Translations under genes and position numbers: made by a program | Shown here: positions 60,503 through 64,000 of the stretch, piece after piece | Position numbering within the stretch: position 1 is the first letter of the stretch | Layout: the number at the start of each line of letters is the position of its first letter | DNA from: Clostridiales bacterium | Lineage (GTDB): Bacteria; Bacillota; Clostridia; Saccharofermentanales; Saccharofermentanaceae | NCBI GenBank assembly: GCA_017513085.1 | Contig: JAFWDK010000015.1 | Location: forward strand, 128,001 to 192,000 | Length of the DNA: 64,000 nucleotides | Direction of reading: 5' to 3' | Notes under the pieces: model-generated | What the model saw: the letters and a program-made list of their open reading frames with translations, nothing else | Databases searched by the model: none | Told to the model about the DNA's origin: nothing

Positions 60503-62088
60503 TAGTGGAAAAAGACCTGATAATTTCCGGCAGATACCGGCACACAGATGAAAGCATTTTCGTATGAAGAAATGTCAGATCGTATACCGTTCAGATATAC
60601 GGTCCAGCCCTTTTCGTAAGGGATATTGGTTAGTATCAGGGAATCGGAAGCGGCGAGTACAACAGCGGAGAGACCGTCTTGGGAAAGTTCTTGTTCCAAG
60701 ACACCGAAATTGGCGCTTTCCGTATATCTGTTCCAATCGAAGGAATTGAGGTATCCGAAGCGCACATTCACTTCCTTTAAATCGGAAGGGTGATCGGACT
60801 TTAGATCAAGAGTCAGGAGCTGTCCGGCATTAAATGTACCAAGCCGGATCAGAACGGTTCCGCTATTGAAATATATGGAATCGATAGGGTTATCATTCAG
60901 AAACACGTCAACCCGATGAGAACGATTTGGAAGTGTAATGGCAGCATATAACGGATCAGAAAAGAGTGTCGATACTGTGAAGCGGACAGACCCGGCACTG
61001 GTAAATTCAGGCGTGGTCGATGCAGTAGTAGAAGTTTGGAAAGGAACACTAGGAAGATAAGGCCATAGTGAATATATCCATTCATTCAATAAAGCAAAGT
61101 GATCAGTATAAGGTGTTTCTGTAGAAAAGTTTGCTGCATTGTGGCCGGTAAGCACCATTGAACCGCCATGTCCGTAAAGTAAGTCGGTAATTGGAGATTC
61201 GATGGTCATATCAGTCTTGTGGGAAGATGTGTCAGAACCGATCTTCTGCAGGAAAGAAGATGTGCGATCCTGTTTTTCCATCAGAGAAGGAATCTGCATA
61301 AAAGCAGGGATAGTTATAAACCCGCATACACTGACGGAAAGGAGGATATGTGCCATGAGGCGCAGTAGAGTTTGTGATAAGTTATTATCTTTTCTCCTTG
61401 TGATGAGGTATAGAGAAGCGCAGATCAGAGCAGGTAGCAAGATCAGAGCCAAGATAATGTTGGATACCAGATACAGGCAGAGTGACAGAAGCAAGGAAAT
61501 AGAAATGAAAGGGCAGCGCGGCTCGCGGAAAGCTTTTTGAACAAGAAAAAGCGATAGAGGAAGCATAGCATAAACACCGCTGACAGGAAAATGAAGAATA
61601 TAAGAAATGGAGAAGACGGCTATGGTATACAGAAGAGAGAAGAAGAGATGACGGAGCAGGGTATTTTTTTGAAGAAACAAGGACAGCAGTTTTGAAAAGA
61701 AGAAAGCGGAGAGTCCTAGACGTAGTGCACTTAGGACAAGAATAGCCTGCGGAAAGACCGATTCCGGAAGTAAACTGAAGGGGATCGTAAGCAGACCACC
61801 GAATCCGCGCAATGCTATGCGTGGAAGATTGGTGCCCAGGCCGAATTGAAACGAATAGTTACTGAAATCGGCGTGAAACAGTTTATAGCGGAAAACAGAC
61901 AGAGCGGCGATCTCTTCTGAGGCGAAGCAAGTTTTTGTATTCAGAAACACTGACGTGAGCTGGAAAAAACAAAACCACAGAATGAAGAAAAGAGAAGCAG
62001 ACAGAAGAGGAAAACTCCGTTCTGATGCAAACAGGTCCCGTAAAACAGTCCGGGTGTGCTTGGGTTGTGGCGATTGTTTTTCCGACAT
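60373..62088 (-). CDS. YfhO family membrane protein (GT-C glycosyltransferase-like)
   Basis: Multi-TM N-terminus; C-terminal IPYEKGWTVYLNG...Y.APG plus TM. Confidence 0.75.
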   Translation of the reverse strand: MSEKQSPQPKHTRTVLRDLFASERSFPLLSASLFFILWFCFFQLTSVFLNTKTCFASEEIAALSVFRYKLFHADFSNYSFQFGLGTNLPRIALRGFGGLLTIPFSLLPESVFPQAILVLSALRLGLSAFFFSKLLSLFLQKNTLLRHLFFSLLYTIAVFSISYILHFPVSGVYAMLPLSLFLVQKAFREPRCPFISISLLLSLCLYLVSNIILALILLPALICASLYLITRRKDNNLSQTLLRLMAHILLSVSVCGFITIPAFMQIPSLMEKQDRTSSFLQKIGSDTSSHKTDMTIESPITDLLYGHGGSMVLTGHNAANFSTETPYTDHFALLNEWIYSLWPYLPSVPFQTSTTASTTPEFTSAGSVRFTVSTLFSDPLYAAITLPNRSHRVDVFLNDNPIDSIYFNSGTVLIRLGTFNAGQLLTLDLKSDHPSDLKEVNVRFGYLNSFDWNRYTESANFGVLEQELSQDGLSAVVLAASDSLILTNIPYEKGWTVYLNGIRSDISSYENAFICVPVSAGNYQVFFHYQAPGFFIGGILSAVSFLFLAIYFFSKSSPKKSSMKSQKIESK

Positions 62089-62257
62089 GATCCTTCCTTA
62101 TTGCAGATGGATAAGAGTGCATCTTGTCTCTATATAATAACACACAATGTTGAAATACCCGGCTAAATCTGATATATTCATCTTTAATATATTATTCGTT
62201 AGTGCACGAGGTTACTGTGGAAGGATCCGCAGAACATAGGGAAGGAAAGGAACGAAA

Positions 62258-63601
62258 GTGCCCGAAGACAGTATAGGTGCGATATTATTCGACCTAGCCA
62301 TAGTATTAATGTTTATTCTGATCAACGCCTTTTTCTCGGCAGCCGAGATGGCGGTGATTTCTCTCAATGATGCCAAAGTAAAAAAACAGGCGGAAGATGG
62401 CAATAAAAAAGCCAAGAGGATCCTGAAGTTTATCGAAAATCCGGCTAAATTCCTAGCTACTATCCAGGTCGGCGTAACGCTTGCCGGATTCTTGTCGAGT
62501 GCTTTTGCAGCAGATAAGTTTTCCGGAAGATTAACATATTTGTTGGATCCGAACGGGAAGTATTCATTTCTTGGAACAGTCTGTACGGTAGGTGTTACTA
62601 TAATTCTGTCGTATTTTTCGTTGGTCCTTGGCGAACTGGTTCCGAAGCGTATCGCACAGAACAATGCTGAGAAACTGGCTTTCCGCTCTTCTTCCATCGT
62701 CCGTGCCTTTGGTACGATCATGAAGCCTTTTGTCCGATTCCTGACACTTTCTACGAATGCAGTACTCAGACTTCTTCATATCGATCCGGAAGTGAAAGAG
62801 ACGAATGTCACAGAGGAAGAGATCCGCATGATGGTCGATGTCGGTTCGGAAGAAGGTTCTATCGAGGATTCCGAAAAGCAGATGATCCAGAATATCTTTG
62901 AGTTTAACGATAAGGATGTTGTGGAGATCATGACGCACAGAAAGAAGATCGTTGCTTTGCCGATCGATGCTTCCTACGATGAGGTCATGGATGTTGCGAG
63001 AAACGAAAAATATACGCGTATTCCGATCTATAAGGAAACGATCGATGAGATCGTCGGTATCCTGCATATTAAGGATCTTCTGGGAATCACGAAAGAGGAT
63101 GGAGAGTTCTCGTTGGAGAAGATCATGCGACCGCCGCTTTTTGTTCACGAGACGAAGAAGATTTCTGACTTGTTCCACGAAATGAAGAAGGGCAAGATGC
63201 AGCTGGCAGTTATTGTTGATGAATATGGCGGAACAATGGGTATTGCTACCATAGAGGATATGCTCGAAGAAATCGTAGGAAATATCACAGACGAATTCGA
63301 TGAGGAAGAGCCGGAGCTTCTGAAGATGAATGATGGAGGTTTCCTGGTGAAGGGCGATATGACCTTAAGCGATCTGGAAGAGGCTATCGGCGTCGATCTT
63401 GTGAGCGACGATTATGATACGATAGCAGGTCTTACATTGAGTCTTCTCGATAGAGTTCCGGATCACGGAGAAACGCCGGAAGTGCAGTATAAGAATGTCA
63501 AGATTAAGGTAGTCCAGGTCGAAGAAAACTGGATCTCCAAGTTGCTTCTCCATGTTATTCCGGAAGAGAATGAAGACGCTGAGGAAGAAGACGACGAATA
63601 A
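62258..63601 (+). CDS. Hemolysin-family CNNM/CBS/CorC protein
   Basis: FFSAAEMA, GELVPK, YTRIPIY, VDEYGG, IEDMLEEIVG. Confidence 0.92.
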   Translation: MPEDSIGAILFDLAIVLMFILINAFFSAAEMAVISLNDAKVKKQAEDGNKKAKRILKFIENPAKFLATIQVGVTLAGFLSSAFAADKFSGRLTYLLDPNGKYSFLGTVCTVGVTIILSYFSLVLGELVPKRIAQNNAEKLAFRSSSIVRAFGTIMKPFVRFLTLSTNAVLRLLHIDPEVKETNVTEEEIRMMVDVGSEEGSIEDSEKQMIQNIFEFNDKDVVEIMTHRKKIVALPIDASYDEVMDVARNEKYTRIPIYKETIDEIVGILHIKDLLGITKEDGEFSLEKIMRPPLFVHETKKISDLFHEMKKGKMQLAVIVDEYGGTMGIATIEDMLEEIVGNITDEFDEEEPELLKMNDGGFLVKGDMTLSDLEEAIGVDLVSDDYDTIAGLTLSLLDRVPDHGETPEVQYKNVKIKVVQVEENWISKLLLHVIPEENEDAEEEDDE

Positions 63602-63658
63602 TACGCAGGTTTTTCCGGGAGAGCGCAAGAGTGTCTGAGTCCTGCTGATGTTTATACT

Positions 63659-64000
63659 TCAGATCAATGTGAAGTATAAAACTACGACTATACCCAGAGC
63701 GATACGATACCAGCCGAAGACTTTGTAGTCGTGCTTTTTTACGTAGTTGAGCAGTGCCCGCAGAACGAACATGGAAACGGCGAAAGCCACGAGGCAACCG
63801 ACCAGAAGGACAAGAAGCTCGGTGCCGCTAAAAGAAAGTCCAAACTTCAAGAGCTTGATGAAACTTAAGCCGAACATGACCGGAACAGCCATAAAGAAGG
63901 TAAACTCTGCAGCGGCAACACGGGAGATTCCGATAGACAGGGAACCGATGATCGTTGATCCTGAACGCGATGTACCCGGGATGAGGGAGAGACACTGAAA
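63659..64000 (-). CDS. uppP: Undecaprenyl-diphosphate phosphatase (5' end outside window)
   Basis: PGTSRSGSTI, AAEFTFFMAVP, FGWYRI. Confidence 0.92.
   Translation of the reverse strand, partial: FQCLSLIPGTSRSGSTIIGSLSIGISRVAAAEFTFFMAVPVMFGLSFIKLLKFGLSFSGTELLVLLVGCLVAFAVSMFVLRALLNYVKKHDYKVFGWYRIALGIVVVLYFTLI

Overview
Chromosomal replication-origin region of a Clostridia-class Firmicute (gene order and content suggest an Acetivibrionaceae/Saccharofermentans-like anaerobe; this is inference). Centre, minus strand: dnaA-[oriC with DnaA boxes]-dnaN-recF-remB(DUF370)-gyrB-[three parS sites]-parA-parB-tRNA-Ser(TGA). No rpmH/rnpA/yidC block lies upstream of dnaA; a sortase-murT-gatD operon is there instead. 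Left of the tRNA (about 5.6-23.3 kb) is a same-strand accessory array of about 25 small detox and regulatory genes, headed by an HTH-MNT/HEPN toxin-antitoxin pair. The array contains gene scars (a diverged second MNT copy, truncated RhuM, three genes with internal deletions) and has no integrase or attC-like repeat. The right arm is mostly housekeeping (cimA, fabF, gatCAB, trmL, LTA synthase, uppP). The most interesting candidates are an ECF sigma factor coupled to an anti-sigma-like membrane protein with a serpin ectodomain, a preQ1-I riboswitch ahead of a VUT transporter plus amidase, an ECF/anti-sigma/lipoprotein trio with a duplicated sensor domain, and a pair of apparently degenerate enzymes. 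All family calls come from motif recognition by eye; no database searches were run.
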